A stretch of 64,000 nt of DNA from Patescibacteria group bacterium (GTDB lineage Bacteria > Patescibacteriota > Kazan-3B-28), in assembly GCA_041389145.1 (NCBI GenBank), contig JAWKSK010000001.1:91668-155667 (forward strand). The letters are read 5' to 3'. This document shows, piece by piece, positions 1 through 9,200 of the stretch. The notes beneath the pieces were generated by a model. It searched no databases and had not been told where the DNA came from. It saw nothing but the letters and a program-made list of their open reading frames with translations. Numbering within the stretch: the stretch's first letter is position 1; every line of letters begins with the position of its first letter. Made by a program: the position numbers and the translations under genes.

Positions 1-2609
1 ACATATGTTGATTGCAGTAGCATTGGTGGTACCCAGAGATAGAGTACCCGCTACGACGGTATCTAAACCTGCGGCGGTGGTTCCAGCGGATACCAGAGTC
101 ATGCCACTTTCGTTAACTGAGAATAAGTCGGTACCCACGTCGTCCTCGATTAGGATGGCATTACCAGTGTTTTGGGATTGGTCGATGATGATATGAATAC
201 CATTACCATCTGTTCCGTTAGCATCCACAGCATCAAGGGTGATTAACAATGCATCACCTGCTGCGTTACCACCTGTGGCTGGGTTAAATGTTAATTCGAG
301 TAAGTTTCCAGTAGTAGAAGCTCCAGTTGTTTCAGTAATCACCACAGCTAAATCTGAGGCAGTTTCAATACTGTTGCCACCTTCATATGCTCCTTGGAGG
401 TCAGATACTCCTCCACCTCCACATCCAGTACATCCGTTAACAATGAGATCTCCGTTAGTATCAATAGACCAGTTAGCAGAGGTAATGATGACAGTGTCAT
501 TAACTTCACCGATGGTGATGGCATCTGCATCTGCATTGGTACCAATGGTGACAGTGTCACAGGCTGCTGAGTTACAGAGAGATAGGGAAGTGGCGGTACT
601 ATTGCCAATTGTTAATGCCCCAGCAGAACCAACATCAATCCCCTGTCCGGCGGCTACTGTAACGCCACCGGTATCGGCGGTGAGGGAGTCGGCAGTGAGG
701 TTATCTTGAACGTCTACTGCTCCTCCTGCATTGATGGTTAAAGTTGCTCCGTCTGAAGTGATACTATCCCCGTTGACGGCGAGAGTACCGGTCAGTGTAA
801 GGCCGGTAAATTGGGGAGAGTCACCAGTTCCTAATCCTAAGTTAGTACGAGCAGTAGCGGCATCATTGAGGTCGGATAGATCATTAGCAATCTGAAGATA
901 GGCACTGTTTAAAGTTCCGGTATAGTTACCGGTGGTAAGAACAGTTCCGGTACTACCAGAAAAGGTATAGGTTGCATCGCCGGACAGATCACCAACATCA
1001 ATTGTTCCATAGAAAGTACCGCCAACAGACTCAAGAATCTGCAACTGCGCATCTGCATTGTTAAAGATGATGTCAAAGGCACCAGTTTGGTTCCAGTCGG
1101 CTGTTAATGCACCGAGGGCAAGGGTTAGTGCAGCCCCTTCAGAACCGCCGTCTCCTCCAGAGATTCCAGAACCGTTGGTAATACTAGCCACATAGTTACC
1201 GGTAGTATCAGTGCTTAATGCAACTGAATCAGAAGCAATGGTTAAGGCGGTACTCCCATCAGAATCGAGAGTAGCTGTAACATCACCGGTAAAGGTGTCT
1301 CCGGATAGGATTACAGTGCCTGAAGCGTTTCGGAATGTAACGGTTCGGTCTGCTGTTGGGTCAGTAATTGCAAAAGTTAACTCATTGGTATCATCTGTTG
1401 CACCGTCAAAGGAAAGCGGGGTTGCACCTTGAATGGCACCGGTTACGGTAATTCCATCGGTTATCGCATCACCTAAGGTGAGATTTCCATACGTTGTAAT
1501 GTTCCCTGAACTATCGAGTAAGAAGTTACCAGCATCGACCACCAAGAGATCATCAAATGTTCCGGTTTGCCCGAGCGTTATAGTTCTAGCTGCAGCATCG
1601 TCACCAGAGAAGGTAAGGTTTGCACCAAGGGACGAAACGACTACTTCAGCACTGAGCGTCCCATCAGCTGATGTAACGAGATATGTAGCATCGGTTGGTG
1701 CTCCTCCTCCACCTCCACATCCAGTACATCCGTTAACGATGAGATCTCCGTTGGTATCGATAGACCAGTTAGCAGAGGTAATGATGACAGTGTCATTAGC
1801 TTCACCGATGGTGATGGCATCTGCGTCTGCATTGGTACCAATGGTAATAGTGTCACAGGCTGCTGAGTTACAGAGAGATAGGGAAGTGGCAGTACTATTG
1901 CCAATAGTTAATGCTCCAGCAGAACCAACATCAATCCCCTGTCCGGCAGCTACTGTTACTCCACCGGTATCAGCGGTGAGGGAGTCGGCAGTGAGGTTAT
2001 CTTGAACGTCTACTGCTCCTCCTGCATTGATGAAGATGATGTCAAAGGCACCAGTTTGGTTCCAGTCGGCTGTTGTTGCACCGAGGGCAAGGGTTAGTGC
2101 AGCCCCTTCAGAACCGCCGTCTCCTCCAGAGATTCCAGAACCGTTAGTAATACTAGCCACATAGTTACCGGTAGTATCAGTGCTTAATGCAACTGAATCA
2201 GAAGCAATGTTGCTGGCGGTACTCCCATCAGAATCGAGAGTAGCTGCAACATCACCGGTAAGGTGTCTCCGGATAGATTACAGTGCCTGAAGCGTTTCGG
2301 AATGTAACGGTTCGGTCTGCTGTTGGGGTCAGTAATTGCAAAAGTTAACTCATTGGTATCATCTGTTGCACCGTCAAAGGAAAGCGGGGTTGCACCTTGA
2401 ATGGCACCGGTTACAGGTAATTCCATCGGTTATCGCATCACCTAAGGGTAGAGATTTCCATACGTTGTAATGTTCCCTGAACTATCGAGTAAAGTTACCA
2501 GCATCGACCACCAAGAGATCATCAAATGTTCCGGTTTGCCCGAGCGTTATAGTTCTAGCTGCAGCATCGTCACCAGAGAAGGTAAGGTTTGCACCAAGGG
2601 ACGAAACGA
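1..2609 (-). pseudogene. Distal part of the giant tail-fibre-like surface protein (continuation of 2610..3845; runs off the window at 1). Frames are scrambled at 2278-2609, and 1-2277 is a single stop-free frame.
   Basis: Hand translation of the minus strand in 60-nt blocks gives an uninterrupted frame from 2277 to 1. It reads ...AFDIIFINAGGAVDVQDNLTADSLTADTGGVTVAAGQGIDVGSAGALTIGNSTATSLSLCNSAACDT...NGCTGCGGGGGAPTDATYLVTSADG...DLSDLNDAATARTNLGLG..., the same family as ORF 2610..3845. It is nearly Met-free, so a start-codon-based ORF track misses it. In 2278-2609 the same protein appears in shifted frames (ORFs 2184..2426 and 2482..2697). Confidence 0.6.
409..789. repeat. Cys-module repeat, copy 1 of 3 (the other copies are at ~1700-2029 and ~2668-3049)
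   Basis: Near-identical DNA at all three places. It encodes INAGGAVDVQDNLTADSLTADTGGVTVAAGQGIDVGSAGALTIGNSTATSLSLCNSAACDT(I/V)TIGTNADA(D/N)AITIGE(A/V)NDTVIITSANWSIDTNGDLIVNGCTGCGGGG. Differences are mostly third-codon-position substitutions. Confidence 0.9.
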
Positions 2610-3000
2610 CTACTTCAGCACTGAGCGTCCCATCAGCTGATGTAACGAGATATGTAAGCCGGTTGGTGCTCCTCCTCCACCTCCACATCCAGTACATCCG
2701 TTAACGATGAGATCTCCGTTGGTATCGATAGACCAGTTAGCAGAGGTAATGATGACAGTGTCATTAGCTTCACCGATGGTGATGGCATTCGCGTCTGCAT
2801 TGGTACCAATGGTAATAGTGTCACAGGCTGCTGAGTTACAGAGAGATAGGGAAGTGGCAGTACTATTGCCAATAGTTAATGCTCCAGCAGAACCAACATC
2901 AATCCCCTGTCCGGCAGCTACTGTTACTCCACCGGTATCAGCGGTGAGGGAGTCGGCAGTGAGGTTATCTTGAACGTCTACTGCTCCTCCTGCATTGATG
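1054..3000. repeat. Tandem duplication of a ~969-bp unit (about 1054-2022 and 2023-2990) inside the giant surface-protein gene
   Basis: The string tgcattg occurs at 1054, 2023 and 2991 (spacings 969 and 968). Segment 2033-2690 repeats 1064-1700 almost base for base. The junction at ~2023-2035 joins ...cctgcattgatg to aagatgatgtcaaagg across the shared gcattg microhomology. Confidence 0.9.
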
Positions 3001-3845
3001 GTTAAAGTTGCTCCGTCTGAAGTGATACTATCCCCGTTGACGGCGAGAGTACCTCCTAAAACAGTATTTCCACTAGAATCTACAGACCAGTTTCCAGCAT
3101 CAATTACAACGACATCATCAAATGAGTTGGTTTGTCCCAGGGTAATTGTTCTAGCAGCCGAATCATCTCCTGCAAAGGTGAGGTTGGCGGCAAGACTGGA
3201 GGTGACAACTTCATTGGTGAGAGTACCGTTTGCGGATGTGACGAGATATGTAGCATCGGTTGGTGCTCCTCCTCCACCTCCACCGGAAGCAGCTACCCAT
3301 GAACCACTGGTGTAAACGTAAATAGTATTATCACCGGTATTAAAGTAAATTCTTCCTTCTCTAAGCACAGAACTGCTGCTGGCACTTGGTGCAGAGGCAG
3401 CAGTTTCAATACCACCTGCCCTAAAGGCATAAGCAGCTGAATTAATCTTGGTTCGAGGAGACATCTCTCCATCCGATTCAATCTCGGTGGAAATGTAATA
3501 GGTGGTATCAAAATCTAGATCGAGGGGATTAGTGGAAGCATCTACACTACCAATCACCAAGGTGAAATATCCATTAGTAACGGTGACATCACTATGAGTT
3601 TCACTGAATAGGGACGAGCCCCCGGTAAGTGCGTTATAGATGCGAATGGTGAAATCATAAGTGCCACTAAGTGCAGTACCACCTGAATCTTTTAATCGCC
3701 CCTGGTAACCCATGGTTATTGGGACATCCGCTGCAATAGCTGCTTGAGTTAACTGCAAAAACCAACCACTTGCGACAAGTAGCAGGGATAAGACGAATCC
3801 CCCGATTATCCTTAGCCAGAGCTCTCTTTTGGTTTTTGAAAACAT
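2610..3845 (-). CDS. N-terminal part of the giant secreted tail-fibre-like repeat protein (signal/anchor plus head domain plus first repeat)
   Basis: 411-aa ORF with a hydrophobic N-terminus (LRIIGGFVLSLLLVASGWFL). The head domain reads ITMGYQGRLKDSGGTALSGTYDFTIRIYNALTGG...SPRTKINSAAYAFRAG. A GGGGGGAP linker follows. The stop at 2610 is created by an indel near 2657: APTGLHISL is read where the paralogous copy reads APTDATYLVTSADG. Confidence 0.8.
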   Translation of the reverse strand: MFSKTKRELWLRIIGGFVLSLLLVASGWFLQLTQAAIAADVPITMGYQGRLKDSGGTALSGTYDFTIRIYNALTGGSSLFSETHSDVTVTNGYFTLVIGSVDASTNPLDLDFDTTYYISTEIESDGEMSPRTKINSAAYAFRAGGIETAASAPSASSSSVLREGRIYFNTGDNTIYVYTSGSWVAASGGGGGGAPTDATYLVTSANGTLTNEVVTSSLAANLTFAGDDSAARTITLGQTNSFDDVVVIDAGNWSVDSSGNTVLGGTLAVNGDSITSDGATLTINAGGAVDVQDNLTADSLTADTGGVTVAAGQGIDVGSAGALTIGNSTATSLSLCNSAACDTITIGTNADANAITIGEANDTVIITSANWSIDTNGDLIVNGCTGCGGGGGAPTGLHISLHQLMGRSVLK

Positions 3846-3861
3846 TAAATTGCTAGCAGAA

Positions 3862-3891
3862 AATTAAAAAGACATATATTAATGTATGTCT
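3862..3891 (-). terminator. Rho-independent terminator after the cohesin-protein gene
   Basis: Stem agacata/tatgtct (3870-3876 / 3885-3891), followed on the minus strand by ttttaatttt. Confidence 0.5.
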
Positions 3892-3907
3892 ATTGTAACA
3901 CTTTTTT
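3892..3907 (-). promoter_or_regulatory. AAAAAAGTGTTACAAT motif (A-tract plus TGn-TACAAT extended -10-like box) upstream of the giant surface-protein gene
   Basis: Minus strand reads aaaaaagtgttacaat. Related copies aaaaaagtgttgcaat (50147-50162) and aaaaaaagtgttgca (38932-38946) lie upstream of rpoB and tuf. Confidence 0.35.
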
Positions 3908-3920
3908 GGTTAATAAAAAC

Positions 3921-5144
3921 CTATGTTTCCGACCTTTTTTTGCGATTTTTTATAACCAAAATCAACAATAAAATCAAGGCTAGTATAACCCAAATTCCGT
4001 ATTGGCAAAAGGCCGGGTAATCACAACACCAAGTGAGTTGCAATGGCAAACCACCAAGACTACAGGTTGCTTTGGATTTAGCTATTTCACGAATAGTCCC
4101 ATCTTCGTTAACAAAGAACTCGATCCATCCTTCCCTAAAGTTCTGGGCAAGATCAAAAGCTCTAACGATAACTGTGTTCTCTCCCTTAATTAGCCCCTTG
4201 AGGTCTGTTGGGCTGATTGTCTCTACAAATATTCCGTCATTTACTTGAAGCTCATAGCGTCCAATGCCGGAAGTTGCATCAGTAGTACTGAACCGCAATG
4301 CTAGTTGATTATCGTCCCCTACTTCAAGGAATGGTTCGAAGCGTCGTGGAGCAGTTTTGTCGTTTTGGATTGGGTAATGAAGGGTGATTGTTTCAGTATC
4401 AGAAAGCTTGGTGGTTAGATGAAAGTAAAATATTCCATCCTTTAATTTGGGGATGTTAACCTCCCGTTCAGTAGTTGCCTTTTTTCCGATTCCGTCTGGA
4501 TTTGTATCAAACGACCATTTGTAGTTAGATCCAACTTCGTTCCAGGTAAATGCAGCGTGCTGTTGTGAAAACCAACTATCACTACTTGGATGAGTTGGAC
4601 TAATTATTGTTAATTTTTGACCGGATGGGGAAGTGGGCACCACCTGTGCATCACCAATGTTGACGATAACTGAGTTCAGACTGCCGGTATTTATCTTCTC
4701 AACACCTCCAGAAATTGCTCGACTGGCAGGGGAGAGAGCGACTCTTGCCTGACCTTTTGCCTTTGCACGGAAGGTGATTGTCGCGAAAGTTGTAACACTA
4801 TTTACCCCACCTGTAATAGAAAAGCCACCTCCGGATAATACTCCATTGTTGTTGAGATAGTTACCTGGCGAGGTGTTGTTTAATGGTCCTGATAACTGAA
4901 AGTTGATAGCTTCCACTAAATCACTAGAGTACTGAACCACAGATCTTGCAGTATCGATATTCTCGCCATTAGGGTTAAGGGATACACGAATTGCAAAATT
5001 AGAACCTATTCCCACGTTTTGTGAGGTAGGAGAGAGAGACATGGAAGCATTCCCAGCAGCAAAAACAGTAGGTGAGAGACTGGTAATTAATACCAGAGAG
5101 GTAATAAAGTTTAAAATTGGATGCCAGAGTTTATTCATGCTCAT
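3921..5144 (-). CDS. Membrane-anchored cohesin-domain surface protein (N-terminal signal peptide, cohesin-like domain, C-terminal TM anchor)
   Basis: 407 aa. Signal peptide: ILNFITSLVLITSLSPTVFAAG. Cohesin-like segment: SLSPTSQNVGIGSNFAIRVSLNPNGENIDTARSVVQYSSDLVEAINFQ...FATITFRAKAKGQARVAL. The SPTHPSSDSWF motif is present. The C-terminus has a Cys-rich stretch, a TM helix (IWVILALILLLILVI) and KNRKKRSET. Confidence 0.6.
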   Translation of the reverse strand: MSMNKLWHPILNFITSLVLITSLSPTVFAAGNASMSLSPTSQNVGIGSNFAIRVSLNPNGENIDTARSVVQYSSDLVEAINFQLSGPLNNTSPGNYLNNNGVLSGGGFSITGGVNSVTTFATITFRAKAKGQARVALSPASRAISGGVEKINTGSLNSVIVNIGDAQVVPTSPSGQKLTIISPTHPSSDSWFSQQHAAFTWNEVGSNYKWSFDTNPDGIGKKATTEREVNIPKLKDGIFYFHLTTKLSDTETITLHYPIQNDKTAPRRFEPFLEVGDDNQLALRFSTTDATSGIGRYELQVNDGIFVETISPTDLKGLIKGENTVIVRAFDLAQNFREGWIEFFVNEDGTIREIAKSKATCSLGGLPLQLTWCCDYPAFCQYGIWVILALILLLILVIKNRKKRSET

Positions 5145-5147
5145 TCA

Positions 5148-5885
5148 TTATTCCACACTCCAATATGAAGCCAAAAGACTAAGATCATAGTCATCGGTTA
5201 TACCATCCCTATTCAAATCGGTATCACAGCTGTTTCGTGAATTCCAAGCACGGGCTAACAAGGACAAATCATAGTCATCTGACTTCCCGTCCCCGTTTAT
5301 ATCTCCCATCCGATGTAAGGCAAGATTTACCTCGACCGCAGCAGAACTCTTTCCTTGTAAATCACGACCAAAAAAGTCGTATAGAGTGGATTCGTTATTA
5401 TTTATCCAAACAGTTTTTTCCCAATGAGTTTCATCTGGGAAATAGAATCCTGCAAGATCTCCTCTAACAAACATATATATAAGGTTTTTGGTTTTAGTAC
5501 CGGTAAAGTGAACTAAGTTGTCATATACAACCGTACAACCAACATTATCCACTGTAATCTTTCCAACCTGAGCTGGTGCGCCTCCTCCACCACCAGCTGT
5601 TGATGTTGTGGCACTGGTTGATTCAATACGGGTAGGTGAGCCTTGTTCGTTTCCATAACTAGAACTAGTTACACTACCCACGATTGGCTCAATACTACCA
5701 TCCAGGGTGTAACTGCCTGATGTTTGTCTAAACTGAGTTGGACCAGCCTGGTCGCTATCTAGGCTATAGGTTGAACTAGTTGCTGCAATAACCGGTAGGT
5801 TAAAAGCAAACACGGTAGAGAAGTAAGCCGCCAAAATTCGTAATCCGATAGAGGAGAGTTGGCTATTAGTTTTTGGTCCTCGCAT
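5148..5885 (-). CDS. Secreted protein with a C-terminal type-I dockerin (two EF-hand-like repeats)
   Basis: 245 aa with an N-terminal signal sequence and a GGGGGAP linker. The C-terminus reads GDINGDGKSDDYDLSLLARAWN...TDLNRDGITDDYDLSLLASYW, which is the duplicated DxNxDGxxxxxDxxxL dockerin signature. Confidence 0.7.
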   Translation of the reverse strand: MRGPKTNSQLSSIGLRILAAYFSTVFAFNLPVIAATSSTYSLDSDQAGPTQFRQTSGSYTLDGSIEPIVGSVTSSSYGNEQGSPTRIESTSATTSTAGGGGGAPAQVGKITVDNVGCTVVYDNLVHFTGTKTKNLIYMFVRGDLAGFYFPDETHWEKTVWINNNESTLYDFFGRDLQGKSSAAVEVNLALHRMGDINGDGKSDDYDLSLLARAWNSRNSCDTDLNRDGITDDYDLSLLASYWSVE

Positions 5886-5891
5886 TGCTTA

Positions 5892-5897
5892 ATTGTA
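5892..5897 (-). promoter_or_regulatory. -10 box TACAAT placed 6 nt before the ATG of the dockerin gene (leaderless-type promoter)
   Basis: Minus strand reads gcgttacaattaagcaATG. There is no Shine-Dalgarno between the box and the start codon. Confidence 0.35.
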
Positions 5898-6123
5898 ACG
5901 CAAATTACAGATTAGATGAATTAACCAATAAATATTTTAGGTCTCTTCAGTTGGTTAAAAAATTCAAAAATAATTCAGTGTTCTTTTTTGAACTGTGAAT
6001 GATTTTGATTTCTAGTGTTTCAATATGATCTAAAATGTGGACCCTACCTACCAGGACATTTTTTGAACTATTTGTCAAGTTGGTGTTTCGATGACTGCCT
6101 AAAAAATGCAGTTTTATAGCTAA

Positions 6124-6144
6124 ATACCGGCATATTGCCGGTAT
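6124..6144 (-). terminator. Hairpin downstream of the propeller-protein gene
   Basis: 9-bp stem ataccggca/tgccggtat with loop tat. No clear T-run, so this is only terminator-like. Confidence 0.3.
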
Positions 6145-6245
6145 CTTGCATTTAACTGATTAATTCTAAGGTGATTTTTACTGTATCTGTTAGCTCTCTC
6201 CCCTGTTGTAAAAATCCGCTCTGGAGGCTATTTCTTATTTTTGAC

Positions 6246-9200
6246 CTATTCGACAATTATTTTCCAGAAGATATCGCTGGTTGGGAGTACTTTCCCCTGT
6301 TTATCTACCTGTTGTGCCCATGCATCGAACTCTTTTACCAATTCAACGTAGTATAAGTAGGTGCCTGGTTGTATATCTGATTTGAGCTGAAGTGACCAGT
6401 CTAGGTTGAATACTTCACCTGGTGCGACTGGATCTCCGTTGTAGATATCAAAGCGATTTGATTCACCATCTGGATTATGAACAAAGCTTGCCGAGCCTAA
6501 CCAGTCGTATATTACATCTCTTGGATTGCCTGATCCTACTCTAAGCTGATGCCCTCCACGGAATGGGGCTAATTCTTCGATTAAGTCTTTCGCTCCATAT
6601 AGAACCAATGACTTTGGATCAGTAGCACGATTTATCAATTCGAGATTGAGTGTGATACTATCCCCGGCATTTGCTCTTATTACGTGAGCATCTCCTTCAA
6701 CGGTCCCATTTTGCTTCTGCCATTCGTAGTAGAATGGTGTACTGAATGATTCAAAGGTAGATTCGACTGAATCTCCAAGTACAGACTGTAACCCTTTGAG
6801 GATTTTATCAAGAGTATCATCGTCAAGTTTTGCGTTGTCTGAAACCTTAGAGTTGTAGACAATTGAGTCCATTAGAACACGTCGAATGGCTACGTTTTTA
6901 ATATCGTAGAAAAGAACTTTTACGTCGTATCTGGCTCCGTCTTTACATGGAATTGCCCCTGGTGCATCTGGACCACATAGTTTCCATGATTTCGTTTGCT
7001 GAACTGGCTCAAGGATTGGGAATCTAGGAGCTATATTGTCGTTATATACAAGCATTGAGAAGGCTTCGTCTGGGTTATAGACAAACTTTAGACTTACATC
7101 TGCACTATTTGTAAGCTTAGCTCCGTTATTAATAACTACTGCCCAGCTGTTTTCATCAAAGCCACCTTTAGCGTCTTCATCATTACCAGCACCGGTATCT
7201 CCTGTTCCGGTTTCACCTGTACCTGTTTCGCCTGTGGATTCACCTCCACCAGAGGATTCTCCTCCACCTCCTGAGCCACCACCCCCACCAGAGGTACCAC
7301 CCGAGCCTGAATTACCACCGATAACCACAAATGCAAGACCGTATTTCGTATTGGCATTGGTCCACTCTCCTGCTAGACCTGAATCGTCAATACCTCTCAC
7401 TCGCCACTGAAATCCGTCATCAAGTTCAAATTCATCACCTTCTGCTCCCACTGTGTATGTTCCACTACCTGCAGCTTGGCCTACTCTAAATGATCTCTGT
7501 CCCTGAGAACCTAATGCAGAAGTATAGTCAATTACCGGACTTTGAAACAGAACTGTATCGTCAATCTGAATTTGATATTTCAAGGTATCCCCGGTATCGT
7601 CATCACTCAATGTAAATTGCATCAATGGATTAACTTCTTCTGTTTGTCCATAGTTTACAACCTCAGGTGGACCAAGATTGGTTGGTGCATTCGGACTTGA
7701 GTTACCAGATGCAAACTTTGCAAAATACCCGTGCCGATTACTACTGTATGCGCCACCTCCTGCTAGGATAGTGAAGCTTCCACCAATTACCGCTTCACCT
7801 TCATTGAAGGTTCTCAATGCATACCCAACACCACCATCACCACTAGGATCTGGATCAAAGTCAACGTCGGCTGTATTTGGATCGGCTCCGGTTAGATCAA
7901 ATCCACTAAAAAGGTCTGGGCCAACTCCATTGTTGCCTGACACATACAGTACGTTGTCATCAATATAGATATCATAAATTGTATTTGTTAGTTGAGGATT
8001 CCAACTATCGAGCGAGGAGTCTGCTATAGCAATAGACCCTGCAGATGTTCTAGATGTCCCCCCAATGGTAGTAAAATCTCCACCTAGGTATAGAATTCCT
8101 GATCTAAGCCCAAGGGAATAAACGTCACCTCCTGCAATAGTGGCACTTAATGACGTTGGAGTACTTGGTGTTCCACCTGACAAATCGTAGGCAGCAACGT
8201 TGGTGCGAGCAGTTGCACCCGAATTGGCAAACTCACCTCCTAAGTAAACAGTACTGCCACTAATTAAAATATCGCGAACGTTACCATCTAAATTTGGATC
8301 CCAAGAAGTAATAGTGTCGTCTGAGGTGGTGTATGATGCTGCCCGATTTCTTGTTGATCCCCCACTGTTTACGGTTGTAAATGTACCTCCGATATAAACA
8401 ATTGAGTCGTCGCTATTCAATTTTATGTCATAGACAATTCCATTTGTTGCGGGATTCCAAGACTGAAGTGTTCCATCGCTAGTTGCAAGGGCGGCTCCAT
8501 CGCCTCTTGATGATCCATTCACTGATGAAAAACTTCCGCCAATGTACAGAGTTGAATCATCGCTGGACAGAGCTACTGAGTAGACGATTCCGGTTGTAAG
8601 TCCAGATGGGGCAAAGTTGGTTGGTTCACCAGTACTTAGATCAATGGCTGCAATCCTATTTCTGGTAATAGCATTGGTCATTAGGAAGGTTCCACCAATA
8701 AATACATTGGTGCCGTTGGCAGCAATTGCGTATACAGTGTTGTCAGTTTCTGGGGCAAATGAGGTTTCGTCACCGTTAGCATCGACTGCCATAATCTTGC
8801 TCCGGCTTACTCCGGATCCAGTTGTAAAGGCGCCTCCGATATAGATCGTAGAACTATTCACCATGACGCGTTCAACGGTGCTACTCATGTTTGGATTAAA
8901 GGTAGTAGCTGCATCTGGATCTGCATCACCTAAATCAAAGGCTGCAATTCTACTTCTAGAAGAACCTCCGATTGAGATAAAGGTTCCACCAACGTATAAA
9001 ATATCTCCATCTAGATCAATTGAGTTGACCTGACCGCTAGTAGCGTTAGGGTTAAAGTCTGCAAGAACTGTACCACCTGAATCAAAACCGGCTAGGCGAT
9101 TTCTGGTTGTGGCACCGTTTACAGTTGTAAAAGAACCTCCGGCATATAAGTTATTACTATGGACTGCCAAGGTATACACGGCATTGTTAGCAACGTCTGG

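Noticed and set aside
409-3049. Possibility that the three near-identical modules are template/variable repeats of a diversity-generating retroelement
   Set aside because: Differences between copies are scattered transitions and transversions, mostly at third codon positions, not adenine-specific. No reverse transcriptase or accessory gene is present in the window.
239-3315. Series of plus-strand ORFs (239..709, 1211..1432, 1433..2005, 2707..2973, 2995..3315) and off-frame minus ORFs (348..608, 1641..1904, 2633..2872)
   Set aside because: All lie antisense or out of frame to the repeat-protein frame, which translates cleanly. Their repetition simply mirrors the DNA repeats, and their products are Pro/Val/Ser/Ala-rich nonsense.
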